Shown one piece after another: positions 40,053 to 53,127 of a stretch of DNA of 64,000 bases (within the stretch, counting starts at the first letter, position 1; each line of letters starts with the position of its first letter). Made by a program: the position numbers and the translations under genes. The DNA is taken from positions 49,352,001-49,416,000 of the forward strand of contig NC_042999.1 in assembly GCF_006345805.1 (NCBI RefSeq), written 5' to 3'. The notes under the pieces were generated by a model. That model searched no databases and was not told where the DNA came from. It saw nothing but the letters and a program-made list of their open reading frames with translations. This DNA comes from Octopus sinensis (taxonomy: Eukaryota).

Positions 40053-40506
40053 CCATATACACACATACACACATATACTGTATATATCATATTTGTTACG
40101 AATATTCATAAATACATGATATGCATATATAAATATATATAGTTCTCGCCTTGCCATAAATCTCTTGATTTCGTTGTAGCATTTCACGCTAGTGACCCAC
40201 TGAACTTGCGCACGTTTACGTGGGCGTTACTTTGCGTATGTGTGCGTGTCCCGGTGTATGTATTTCTAAGTGAGCGTAGTCTTTTACGCTTCTACTGGCT
40301 TATGTCTGTAAAGTGTGATTATGCTGGCCACTGCTTTCACGCCTTTAGTCGTTAACACCAACATTTATAACTCACTTTCTTTTTTTTTCCCCCATATCTG
40401 TTTTGTAGAAATGATATCCTAAATCTTATAAACAACGATAGTTTCACATAACGTTAAACACACAAATATATGTTAGCACACAGTCAAACATACATATATT
40501 CATATA

Positions 40507-40551
<45 letters not shown>

Positions 40552-40738
40552 CATACATATGAGAGGGATGTATGTAATGCAATATACTGAACCTCAGTTA
40601 TTTAATATGCTAGACCACTGGTGTTAAATTGATGTTATCAAATTAATATCCAATTTTTCACCCTCATTTTAATTTCTATATATATATATATAATACACAC
40701 ACAACCATACATGTATACATAAACATATAGACACGCAT

Positions 40739-40797
<59 letters not shown>

Positions 40798-40841
40798 ACC
40801 AGGCATTTATACATAAACAAATATACATATATATATATATC

Positions 40842-40877
<36 letters not shown>

Positions 40878-41254
40878 GCATACAAACATACATATATTCA
40901 TATACTTATATATATATATACATATATATATATGTATATATTTTCCGAATTTGTGTAAATGTGTATAGAATAATATATCAGTTAAATAACGTTAAAACAT
41001 GATATGGTTTTCTTGTTTTTTTATTATAGTATCTTTAAAAAATACATTTACATTTTTTTTGCAATGTTGAATTATGTTAAACACTGACAAATGTTTTGTA
41101 ATGTTCATAAAGTTCAATCAGCGCGTTCATAGGTTCGTAATAATGATCAGACTTCAAACTGTGTTTACGCGAATATACGTATGTAAATGTGTGTTCCTCT
41201 ATTATATTCACACCCATCAATGCAAAAATACGTGTGTGTGTGTTTGTTTGTGTG

Positions 41255-41317
<63 letters not shown>

Positions 41318-41903
41318 TGTGTGTTTGTGTGTGTGTACTCGCGTGCGCTTGTGTTCATTTCAAAGATAGAACGAAAGTAAGATACCAAGGTGTGGATTGC
41401 TACATTTACTCGATTGGAATTTCAGCACATACATGGAAAGACACACATTTTCTCACACGTTCACACCTCAAATACACACATACACACATTCAGAGAGAAA
41501 GAGAGAGAATTAGAAGAAGGAAAGAAAAATAGATGCATATATAGATACGTATCTTTATGTCTGTATGAGCTTATTACTAGAAACACCGCTTTCCGGCATT
41601 ACGTGTGCTATATTTTCTAATGATTTTTGCGAAGATTAATTTTACTTCTTCATTTATGATGTATTAAACCAAACATAAAATATTTATGAGATGATTATAT
41701 CAAAATTAAAACAACTAAACTACAAATAGCTGTTTGTAGGGAATTAGCGCTTTCTTAAGTCAACTGCTGCTATATATAGTCACCTTCAACACGAATAGAT
41801 TTCGATGGTTCTACACAGTGACTGAATATTACTTTAAGATGGCGAATAGAAATTCATATATATAGAAGCGTGTGTGGGTGTGGGTATACCAATATATATA
41901 TAT

Positions 41904-41991
<88 letters not shown>

Positions 41992-42018
41992 TATATACAC
42001 ATATATATATACATATAT

Positions 42019-42075
<57 letters not shown>

Positions 42076-43039
42076 TATATATACATATATACATACGTAC
42101 ATATGTATATGCACAAACGCGTGCACATATATGTCGACAAACAAACATACAGTGAGGAGGAGCATAAAATTAATTGTTTATACGCACAAACATTCAATAA
42201 TTGTTATGAAATACGCAATGCTACATTACTAAATCTAAAGTAATAAATAATCAAATATTGATTAAATTTAAAGAAAATATAGGGACACTATTTTTACTGC
42301 AGCTTCTTCTATCCAATTCATCCAAAATAATGCTGAATGAAATACGATACAAGATACAAAAGCGCTTGCATCAAAAACATTAGTGTTCGATGGCTAGCAG
42401 GAGAAATCATCGTGGAAAGAGAATGGAAAAGATATAGGGTTGAAGATTTGGAACCTATATTTGTGCAGTGAATTGAATAATCGTTCAAAGTTATAAAATA
42501 TATGTAACAGTTTTTATAATAAACATTTCAATAAGACAGTTTGTGGAACAAATATTTTCAGTGATTATGTTAGATATATAACATATTTTTCTATAGTCAA
42601 TATTTACGGCTAGAATTGTATCCTTTCAGTAATATCTACTTCGCTTTCGTTTAATGTTTGTACGTAATATTAAAAGAAACATGGAAAACTGTTGGGCTAA
42701 CAAATATCAAATGGTTATAGAATATACGTAAGCTGTTTCTTTCTTTAGAAAATAAAAGCCTTCTGTAGTATACCACATTATTTAAATCAGGCATGTGGAG
42801 GGGGTTACCCTCAGGAATTTTTCTCCTGCATAGGAAGATAAAAATTCTTCCAAATTATTATTTATCACACATGAAAACGATATAGAATAGCGTAAACGTT
42901 TAACGGTGTGAATAACAGACCTTAATATATGTTTTATAGATTAATCCTAATATTCTATTCACTATGTAAAAGCTTTTTGCCAAACTTGCACAACATCTTC
43001 ACTTCCTTAAACATTCTGGTTTGTTTACTCTTACTATCC

Positions 43040-43385
43040 TCAACTTCACTGATGTTACACTACCTGGTAATTCAAAGGTCAACGATAAACAACTAGAAAA
43101 GATGGGGAAATACTAACTGCTCAGGGACAAGATGTAAACGCTTGGAGGTAAGTTACTTTGATACCAGTAGCAATTTGAAAGCATATCGAAAATACTGGAG
43201 TGATTATCAGGCTTCAAATGATCCAGAAAAAAATCTTTGTTGCGTATAGCTCGTATTGTAAGGAAAATCTAGTCTCTTTGAGACGTAGGAGTAAGCTTTA
43301 CTTGAAACAATTGGTAATTTGTTATTGCCTCTTTTCAGGTAAAGAGGAGCCTGGAATTAAGAACCATCCGAGTGGCCGAGAAAGA
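43040..43385 (+). pseudogene. Degenerate 3' end of an R4/Dong-like (restriction-like endonuclease) non-LTR retrotransposon
   Basis: FTDVTLPGNSKVNDKQLEKMGKY*LLRD...VTLIPVAI...LQMIQK...LLRIARIVRK resembles the RLE C-terminus (DV.VP...EK..KY..L). Ends at (ATG)n. Confidence 0.6.
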
Positions 43386-43458
43386 TTATGATGATGATTA
43401 TTAATATGATGACGATGACGAAGACGACGACGACGATGATGATGATGACGACGACGAC

Positions 43459-43492
<34 letters not shown>

Positions 43493-44829
43493 ATGATGAT
43501 TATAACAATAACTACAATTCTCTGTGAAAATTTTGCTCTGAAAATTTTAGCTGTGGGTATTCAAAATTTCCTTCAAAACAAGTTGAAAATCTTGCATATC
43601 CACAATTTTCTCTGTCCGAGCCCACAAACGATCTTGTTCAAAAATTTTGAAACTTTTAACACCCACAATTTTCTGTGAATCTCTGTCCCTTCCTGAGTAT
43701 TCGAAACTGTAAACATCCTTGTAGTACAAGAACACTACAGTTCCCTCCGCTCGAACACACAAAGGTTAGAAAATTCTAAAAACTTTAATAACTACAATTG
43801 TCTGTTAAAATTTCGCCCTTCTCTTCTCCTTGACGACTCGAATATGTAACCGTACCTTTTATTGCAACAACACTATTAAACACTCGATGGAACGTACCTT
43901 TTATTCCAACAACACTATTAAACGCACAACAAAAATTTCCTTTAAAATAAGTTGAAAATCTTACAATGTTCGGAAGTTTCTCTGGCCGAACACACAAACG
44001 ATCACCTTTAAAAACTTTGAAACTTTAGGAGATAAACAACTGCCAATATATACAAACTGGGATCTAGTCTTTCTTATTCTCAAAATGGCCCCCACCCCCA
44101 CCCTTTATTTTGCACACATTACTTTCAATTTGGCTATATCGATGCAACTGTGAATTTTGAATACGCTCAACCAATTACCTTAACTCGTAAATTAAAGAAT
44201 CTGATGTTATTTGGAATTAAAGTTGGGAAATTTGGGTAATTTTAGCCAATCAACAGACAGCGTGGCATTAGCAGCTTGTTAGTATGACAACCGCACGCTG
44301 TGTCGTGGTTCACTGTTGTCTGTGTCGCTATTGTCTATGTTGATTTTTCAAAATCGATTCTTCACGCCACGAGATTCTTTGCATGTTTTGCTTTAATTCT
44401 TTTGTGTATTAGCATATTCCATGTTTTTCTATGCTTCTGTGTGTTAGTATCTTTTGGGGTTTTTTTCTGTGTTAGTATTTTTACATATTTTTCATTTCAT
44501 ATATTTTGGGGATTCATTGACTCAGCTGGATGTATAGAGATAGACACCCCTTTCACACACACACATGAATGCATAAATGTACACATAAACATATGTCAAT
44601 GCTAACCTTATTAAAATAACATATACATGTGTGTGTGTGTGTGTGTCTATGCTTCTGCTTGTACTCTACAAGTGTTCATGTGCCCTTAACCTCACAGTTT
44701 GGTTTAAAATACAATAGAAATAGGTGCTCGACAACACTTCTTACTAATAACTGCATTTGGCTTCAGATAAACTCCGTCTGACTGTTCAAAGAAGAATTCA
44801 AAAGCGACTAGGAGCGACAAATTGAGCAA

Positions 44830-45842
44830 AATTTGGCATCGTGATGAAGAGGATCCCGTCTCAGCTTTATTAACAGTGCAAAGCGTGCAGCTGGATTTAG
44901 TAGGGGAAGGAATAATCTTGAAGATGAACCAAGGTCTGGATGTTCCGAAACTGCCACCACTGAGGAAATCATTGTTATTTTTCCCCACATGGTCATGCAT
45001 GACAGGCGACTGACTGTATATATAAAATAGCCAATTTATTAGCATGTCCCGTGAGAGAGTTGAGAATATTATGCATAATGAACTTGGCATGACAAAGGTT
45101 TCTGCTCGATGAGTGCCACATCTTTTGACACTTGATGGAAAGTACACCAAGCTGACTACATCACGGGAAAATCTGACACTGAGGCGATTCAGCAGGATTC
45201 ATCAAAAGTTTCATGAGTTAGGATGAGTGTTGGCCTCATCATTTTGAGCCAGAGACACAATCCATGCAATGAATACACCCACCTCATCTGCTTAAAATAA
45301 GGTCAAGATCGTTTCATCTGTGGGGAGGGGACTGCTCTAGTTTTGGGAGATGCAAAAGGCATTATGGTTATTCAAATGAGCTACATCATCAATAGACAGT
45401 ACTGTGCTAATTTACTGAGGCAGTTTTGAAAGGCTATCAAGACCAAACGCCCAGGAAAACTGCCAACAGAGATCTTGTTTCTTGAGAACAATGCTCTATC
45501 ATACAAGTCGTTAGTTTCAATTGTTGCTGTGCGTGACTGTGGCTTTGAACTGGTTGATCAGGCTCCATATTCGACTGTTCTGAACCCATCTGACTATCAT
45601 CTATTACCCAACATGAAAAAACAACCTGGCTGGGAACCGGTATCGCACTGATGACGGTGTTATGTCGTTAGCTCTGGTGTTGACTTTTTTTTACCAATAA
45701 ACCTTTTTCACCAATGGGATCAAAGCACCGAGGGGGGAAAATGTGTGGACCTCAAGGGGTCTATGTTGAAAACTAAACTCATTTGATGACATTCCATGAG
45801 AGTATTATGGTCAGGTTATGAAATTTTCTGCTGGCCTTCATA
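44830..45842 (+). pseudogene. Degenerate mariner (D,D34D) transposase with a decayed right TIR
   Basis: FSRGRNNLEDEPRSG..TATT, ELGMTKVSAR*VPHLLT (WVPH motif), APYSTVLNPSDYHLLPNMK (YSPDLAPSD motif), KCVDLKG. The end aaattttctgctggccttcata resembles the reverse complement of tacgagggg..ctgaaaagtt. Confidence 0.85.
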
Positions 45843-46737
45843 TATGACAGAGACAAGAATTGAGCCTGACATACAAAAAAGAACTTAGCTTTCTGAATAT
45901 TTTGAAGTTTACAGCCCAATCCTTCGAGCAACCAATTTATGGATGACTTAAACGCGATGCATAGACAAAAATAAAATTATGAATTAAAAACTGAAATGAT
46001 AGGTTACCTCTTTGGAAACCCATGCTTATGATAGAGAGCAAAGAATAACCAGTCGTGTTAGACATTAGCTGGTATTTAGATGTGGACCCATTCTTAGTCG
46101 CACCTACATTTCTGTTGCTCGCAGAAGGTTTAATGCCTGAATATTTTAAGTACATTGATGCCGTAACTATGGAAGCGGAACATGGTCAGTTTAATGCAGT
46201 TCCCTAAAGAAACCGATGTGAGAAGATCCAGCTTTCTCACTTTGGGCTATGTCGATTCAATTTGAGAATTACTTGAAGTTTATACGAATGTATGGAATGC
46301 AATTGACCGAAAAGGTGCATATTCATATTCGTATGTCGAAATCGACAAGAGAATCCATTACAAGACGTTTATGTTAGTGATTTTGAAAATGTTTTACAGA
46401 GTTTATAAAGTGCTTACTATACGTACGAATCGTTAGCATTCACTATTTATTTATCTAATAGCATTTTCCTAATAAGCTGTTGACGAGAATAGTTCCTAAA
46501 GATAAATTAAAAGAAAGGATGATTATTGTTTCTTTATCATAGCAATTATATTAACAGTGTATACTTGGTTTGCATCGGCTCCGGTGCTACTAATTTGAGA
46601 GTTGGTACTTCAAAACGCTTTCACTTAACTTTACCCGAATGTTATCACGGGTACAAAGGTACAAAACACACGTTGTCTGCACTATATAATTTTATCACAT
46701 TTATGTTTAAATATATGTGTGTTAGTGCTTGCGTGCG

Positions 46738-46780
<43 letters not shown>

Positions 46781-46893
46781 ATATATAACGGTATATGTGC
46801 GTATAATTTTATTACGTTGATTCTTGCATTACAAGGTGGATCTTTCTTCAGTTTCTAAGTAAGGGTATTTACCATTCCTGATATAAAATACAT

Positions 46894-47057
46894 AGGCGTT
46901 GGAGTGGCTGTGTGGTAAGTAGCTTGCTAACCAACCACATGGTTCCGGGTTCAGTCCCACTGCGTAGCACCTTGGGCAAGTGTGTTCTACTATAGCCTCG
47001 CGCCGACCAATGCCTAGTGAGTGAATTTGGTAGACGGAAAGTGAAAGAAGCCCGTCG

Positions 47058-47115
<58 letters not shown>

Positions 47116-47343
47116 GTGTGTGTGTTTGTGTGTAGGTTTGTGTGTCTGTGTTTGTGCCCTCCGCCAACATCGCTTGACAACCGATGCTGGTGTGTTTACG
47201 CCCCTGTAACCGAGCGGTTCGGCAAAATAGACCGATAGAATAAGTACTAGGCTTACAAAGAATAAGTCCTAGGTGTCGGTTTGCTCGACTAAAGGCGGTG
47301 CTCCAACATGGCCGCAGTCAAATGACTGAAACAAGTAAAAGAA
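46894..47343 (+). mobile_element. SINE family B, full length
   Basis: Homologous to 2890-3303. Confidence 0.85.
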
Positions 47344-48364
47344 TCTACTAGCTGTTTTTCACCGAATTTAAATGTTTCCATATCATCTTTTCAAAAGCTA
47401 TCATCATCACCATCATCATCATCATCATCATCATCACCATGACTATGATTGTGATCTTGATGACGAAGATGATAAGTATAATGCACCCAAATATTTTGAT
47501 TATCAACTTTAAAGATATTTTAATGTTTGTTTGTAGATATATCTTTTTGCTTCATAAACCAACTTCGATAAGAATAAAAGACATGGTGAATTGTCTGCGA
47601 GGTGAATGAGTTCGCTCATATACGTCATGGCAAATTATAATTTAAATATAGATAGCATACGAGAGTATGAATTAAGATAGAAAAAGAGTTGACCTTACAG
47701 GTTATCAAAATGGAAATGAAAAAATATACTCTTAAGCACGGAACCATTAAACGAGCAGTATTTGAAGTTTGAATATATTTTTCGATGAACGAAGATCATT
47801 CAAGTGGGTAGCATAACAATGATAAAGGTAGGAAAGTGGAAGATGAAAAGAAAGAAATTAAGAAAAACAAATTAATTTTCATATATTAAGTCTAAAATGA
47901 CTTTCACAAACGCATTTCGCTGAAATATGCGACTCCAATATCTGAATACTGATAAATTGGAACATTATATTTTCTAAACTTCTTTTCATGATTAGTGTTA
48001 TGGCTTCCTCTTGTGAGAGCATTTAAAAATGTATTTTAATCAAAATTTTGTAATATGAAATTAAGGAAATCACGATGCTATTGTTTCTATATTTCATCAA
48101 GCCGTTTCATTTTGCCCTGGTGGGTGATGTGCTTGAGGTAGCGACGTATCTGATAAAACAGCACTTCAACTTTGCTATCTAAAAATATACAGCTGCCTTC
48201 CTTCAAGTTCAAACACGTTATATTTACGAGTAATAGCTTGGTGAGAAATAGCAGACTCCTAGTTCGATTTTGCCTCTAACAACGATGCCATAAAAAATAG
48301 TAGCCAAATCGTTCTTAAATAATATACAGACATTTCAATAGAAAGCAAAAGCCTACATTTGATG

Positions 48365-48520
48365 ATGTAGTTGAGTGGTAAGAAGCTTTATTCTTAAACA
48401 CATGGTTTCTGGTTCAGTCCCACTGCTTAGTAGCTTATGCAACTGTCTTCTACTATAGCCCCAGGCCGACCAAAGCCATATAAGTAGATTTGGCAGACGG
48501 AAACTGAAATAAGCCCATCG

Positions 48521-48551
<31 letters not shown>

Positions 48552-48617
48552 TATATATATATACATACATACATACATACATATATGCATATATATATGT
48601 ATATATATATATAATAT

Positions 48618-48649
<32 letters not shown>

Positions 48650-48843
48650 CATACATGTGTGTGTATGTTTTCCCCACCACCGCTTCACAACCGGTGTTGG
48701 TGTGTTTACATCTTAGCGACTCGGCTAAAAGTGTCCGCTAGAGTAAGTACCAAGCTTCACAAAAAATATTCATTCCACTAAGCATTCTTCAAAGCGATGC
48801 CCCAGCATGGCCGCAATATAATGGTGGCTGAAAACAAGTAAAA
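48365..48843 (+). mobile_element. SINE family B, diverged
   Basis: ggttcagtcccactgc...gacggaaactgaaataagccc...cagcatggccgca. Confidence 0.75.
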
Positions 48844-49309
48844 TATGTGTATGAAGAAACACAGAACTAATCAAGGTAGGGTTAAATGGCGTGATTAGAA
48901 ACATATTTGTGTTTAGATAAAAATTATATCTGAGCGACTGAAGAAGACAAGATGCTTCCAAATTTTCCTGGAATTTTGCCGTCGTCAGCAAAAGTGCACT
49001 TTTCGCCATTGCTTGCTGACGATGTAGTAAATAGCTTATTATATAGCAATGGTCATTAAAAATAATGAGTAGCGTTGGAGAATGCGACTAATTGATAATT
49101 GAATAAATTTGAATGGGTGCTTAACAGATGGAATGATCATCACTAGATTTCCACAATTAGGGTTCACCTGGGGCCAAAAATAAAAAATAAATAAGGAAGC
49201 AACAGAAACAAGTAACCTTCAAAGTTATCATGAAAGGGAGGTTTTCCGTGGCTAGCGGGTAGTTAGCAGGCATTTCTTGTTCCTTAATTTATATACTTTG
49301 CTGTCTAGA

Positions 49310-49930
49310 TGTTCATGATGACGACGATGACAATGATTGTGATGATGATGATGATGAAGAGGAGGAAGAAGAAGAGTAGTAGGAGGAGGAGGACGGTGAC
49401 CATGACGACGACGACGAGACGACGACGATGATGAAAACGACAATGTGATTGATGTGGTTGACGACAAAGATATAATGATGACGATGATAATGATGACGAT
49501 GACAACGATGACAACGATGACAGCGACAGGAATGGGGATGATGATGAGGTGGAGGAGTAGGCAGAGGAGGAGGAGGAGGAGGAAGAAGTAGAAGAGGAAA
49601 GTAAAGAAGAAAAAGAAAGCAAAGAAGAAGAAAGCAAAGAAGAAAAAGAAGAAAAAGAAGAAGAAGAAGAAGAAGAAGAAGAAGAAGAAGAAGAAGAAGA
49701 AGAAGAAGAAGAAGAAGAGAAGAAGAAGAAGAAGAAGACGAAGAGGAAGAAGTATATAGTGATGTTTGTGCTAATAGCAGTACTTTGAATGATTGTCTCT
49801 TTGATGGTAATGATTACACCTGCACAGTTACCACCCATAGCGATCGCAGTTTTCATAATGATGGCAATGAGGATAACAGTGATGAGAATAAGTCTGATTA
49901 TGATAATGATGATGATGACGACCACCACAA
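49310..49930. repeat. Compound trinucleotide low-complexity tract (GAT/GAC/GAG/GAA)
   Basis: Direct reading; source of the poly-S, poly-H and poly-I ORFs. Confidence 0.9.
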
Positions 49931-51458
49931 CAGTATCAAGCTGTTACTCCCCATCCCTTGAAACATCCTTGCGATGCCTGAGATATATAGGTAATAAGGT
50001 AAAAGTGACGATGTTGTTTTGTTCGTGCCCCCAGGATGTGGGTGAATGCGGAATTATTTTTCTGTCGGTGATGTTAGATGCTCGTAATGATGATAATAAT
50101 ATATATGATAATAGTAATTGCGTTAATGACGACCTAAAATGATAGTGAGTTGGTTAATGATGATAGTATTGATGGCGAGGAAGATAATACTTTACTGATA
50201 TATTGTTTTCCTGTTCGTTTTTGCATGAATATTGTTCTACTGTTATCGGGAGAATGGCTGGGTTTGATGCCATACATAGTCACATAGACTATTCTTTCGT
50301 AAATAATAATGGAAAGATGGGGGGTAAAACTGTAATTGGGTAAAAGAAGTAATTAATTATTAAGACAAGCAAGGCATTGTAAAAATTAAAAAGTGTGGCA
50401 TTTTGAATTTCTTTCTTTCTTTCTTCGAATTTATTTATGGTTTTTTTTTTATAATCTTTAAATATTTCAAGCCGTCGGAAAGAGATTGATCTCCTGGTGA
50501 TTACTCTCTAGTGACTTCCTTTATTTGTTTGTCGGAACTATTTCACTTGCGTTGAACTGCTTATTCTTCGATAATCTCTACTTCAAAGACTTCAAATTTT
50601 TTTCTCACATTAAGTACACGGTATTCTAGTTAAGTAGAGCGTGATACATAGGCGTAAACTAACTCCACTCTATTACATACATTATCGATTCCGCATGTAT
50701 GAAAGAAGCAAAATTCAAAATCAGTATATACAGTGAGACAAATCCAAATATCTTTTTCTTATTTATTCTCCACCACCCTATATTGCCCATATAGCTACTT
50801 GTTAAATCGCCGGACAGAATTTTTGCGGTTTATATTTAAGTTCTGTGTTCTGACTTCAAATTTTACCGATATTAACTATACCATTTATCCTTTCGGAGTT
50901 GAGAAATAAAGTATTTATCGAAGGCAGAGGTGGAAATTCGTAGATCATTGGAATAGATGCCACGTCGTATTTAATTTGTGTCTTGTTTTTGTTCTGAGGA
51001 CAACTCATTCATTAGCACTGATCTTATGCTGCATCGACCATCGTTTTTTGCTTGGACAACATTAACGACGTGGAGGAAAGAAACCTGCAAAATATGGAAA
51101 ACTTTTTGTCTTCCATACAAAATACTTACCCAGAGTTGCATCTTACAGATGCAATGTTCCACATGTACAGTCAAGACCTTAAGAAACATACGGGTGGTCC
51201 AGGTTTATCTGAAGAATTGCTTGTGAAGAATTCATACACTTGTGACTCTTCACTTTTGTACAATATACTGATAAAGATACAATGAAATGCATTCATCATT
51301 TGGATAATGTGCTCCTATATTTGCATGAATGGAACATAATAATTAGTTAAACCTGGAATGCCTTTCATCATTAGTCTGCTCGTTCAACATTGACCTAGCG
51401 ATAAACGATAACAAACAAATGAGTCGCACTAAAATAGCACATAATAAACAAGCTTATA

Positions 51459-51863
51459 TCTTTATATATAAAAGTCAGGTTGTGTGCTGTCTGTCTCCTA
51501 CGATTTAGATTCCTGACTACTCCCACATTTTGCGGTGCAGTTTAACCAAAACCGGGTATCTTATAGTCGTGATTCATATCGAGCCCTTCTGTGTATTAGC
51601 GCGCGTCTACGATGAGTCTACGATTTTAAAAATAATTTACCATCAATTTTTCCCATTTTTAATGCATTTTTGGCATATATAAGGGAAGTAACTCTCTAAA
51701 AATTAATTATTAAATCTCAGAACGTAAAAAGCTACAGTAACACCCCCCACCCCCCGCCTTTGTCGTTAGCCATATTGAGATGGCTATTATACTTTACATC
51801 TCTAAAAATGCTTATATAGTTATTTCCCTTACAAACCCGAGCAACGCCGGGCGATACTGTTAG
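51459..51863 (+). mobile_element. Non-autonomous Helitron-like element
   Basis: Starts A|TCTTTATATATAAAAG. Subterminal hairpin cccg(agcaacgc)cggg; ends TTAG|T (CTAG variant). No TSD. Confidence 0.7.
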
Positions 51864-52066
51864 TTAAAGAATAAAGCAGTTATAACTTAGATATAATGCT
51901 TCAAATTTTGGAAGTGGCATGCCGTTGATGAACGAAGCGGCTTCTTAACTAGTATCTATTTTATCGACCACAAAATGATGAAAGGTAAATTCGATACCAC
52001 TCTCTGATTCAGGCACAGATCGCAGCGGCATGTAACTAAAGAGCAGAAGGAAATATGTCCGATGCT

Positions 52067-52250
52067 ACAGTTCTATATTTAAGAGATGAGGAATTATGTA
52101 CATTATTTACATTATCTACATTTTTACATTATTTACATTCGACGGATATAAAGAAGAATGCTGGAGGATATATCAGCTGAAAAGTTGTGTTAACAACAAA
52201 CAAGATGAGGACAAATATCCGCCGAATGTAAATAATGTAAATAATGTAAA
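52067..52250. mobile_element. Second head-to-head inverted insertion of HHR-SINE (H1) 3' segments
   Basis: 52067-52149 matches 15618-15683 (-); 52152-52250 matches 15941-16034 (+). Confidence 0.8.
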
Positions 52251-52602
52251 TTGCTCTATTGAACCTTTCAGTCCAGAATCCTAGAAACTTTCGAGTAAGA
52301 TATATTTTAGTCTTTATCTTTATCTTTCATTTGTTTCAGCCTATGGACTGCGGCCAAGCTGGGGCATCGCCTTGAATGGCTCAGTCAAGCGAATCGACCC
52401 AAGTGTATATTTTTCTAAGTCGTATATAAGTGTATATTTTTCTATCAAGCTTTGCTCAACTGTGAAGTTACAGTGATCTACAGCTATCAAGTAGTGTGTT
52501 GAAAACAAATACAAAGACACAAGACACACACATACAAAAATGCACACTCCCACCCATACATGTACCCATATATATATATATATATATATATACACGAGGG
52601 GA

Positions 52603-52975
52603 ATTAAAGCATTCGAGCTTTGGTGTCGGAGAAGACTTTTGCAGATTCCATGGACAGCGAGGCTTACCAATGGAGAAGTTCGTAAGCAGATAAGGCCGAA
52701 AATGTCGCTAGAAGCTGGGATCACCAAGCGTAGATTGGCATATTTCGGTCATATTATGCGGAGAGAATCCCTGAAGAAGGACATCATGCTCGGAATGGTG
52801 AGTGGCAAGAGAGGAAGAGGCCGACCAAGAACCCGCTGGCTTGACACCATCTGGAGTGATACCGGAATGGTCATGGCCAGTCTGAAGGAAGCGGCCCATG
52901 ATAGAACTGGCTGGAAGACACTGATCCAACGAGTGACCGAGAGTCGACTTCGACTGAGCGGTTAGAGAGAGAGAT
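52603..52975 (+). mobile_element. 5'-truncated RTE (BovB-like) LINE with open C-terminal reading frame and (GA)n tail
   Basis: IKAFELWCRRRLLQIPWTAR...LAYFGHIMRRESLKKDIMLGMVSGKRGRGRPRTRWLD...AAHDRTGWKTLIQRVTESRLRLSG*. TSD ACGAGGGGA (52594-52602, 52976-52984). Confidence 0.9.
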
Positions 52976-53080
52976 ACGAGGGGATGCTGAAAAGTTTCTG
53001 GCTTTCGGTAAAAGAAAATACAGTATGATCATTTAATTATTGTATAATCCGACGTATTTCCTTCTCATATTTACACACTT
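52975..53080 (+). mobile_element. Left end of a mariner-family element or MITE
   Basis: TA-CGAGGGGATGCTGAAAAGTT is a mariner-type TIR start. Confidence 0.6.
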
Positions 53081-53127
53081 ATAGCACACACACATGTACA
53101 CACACATACATATATTTATATATATAT

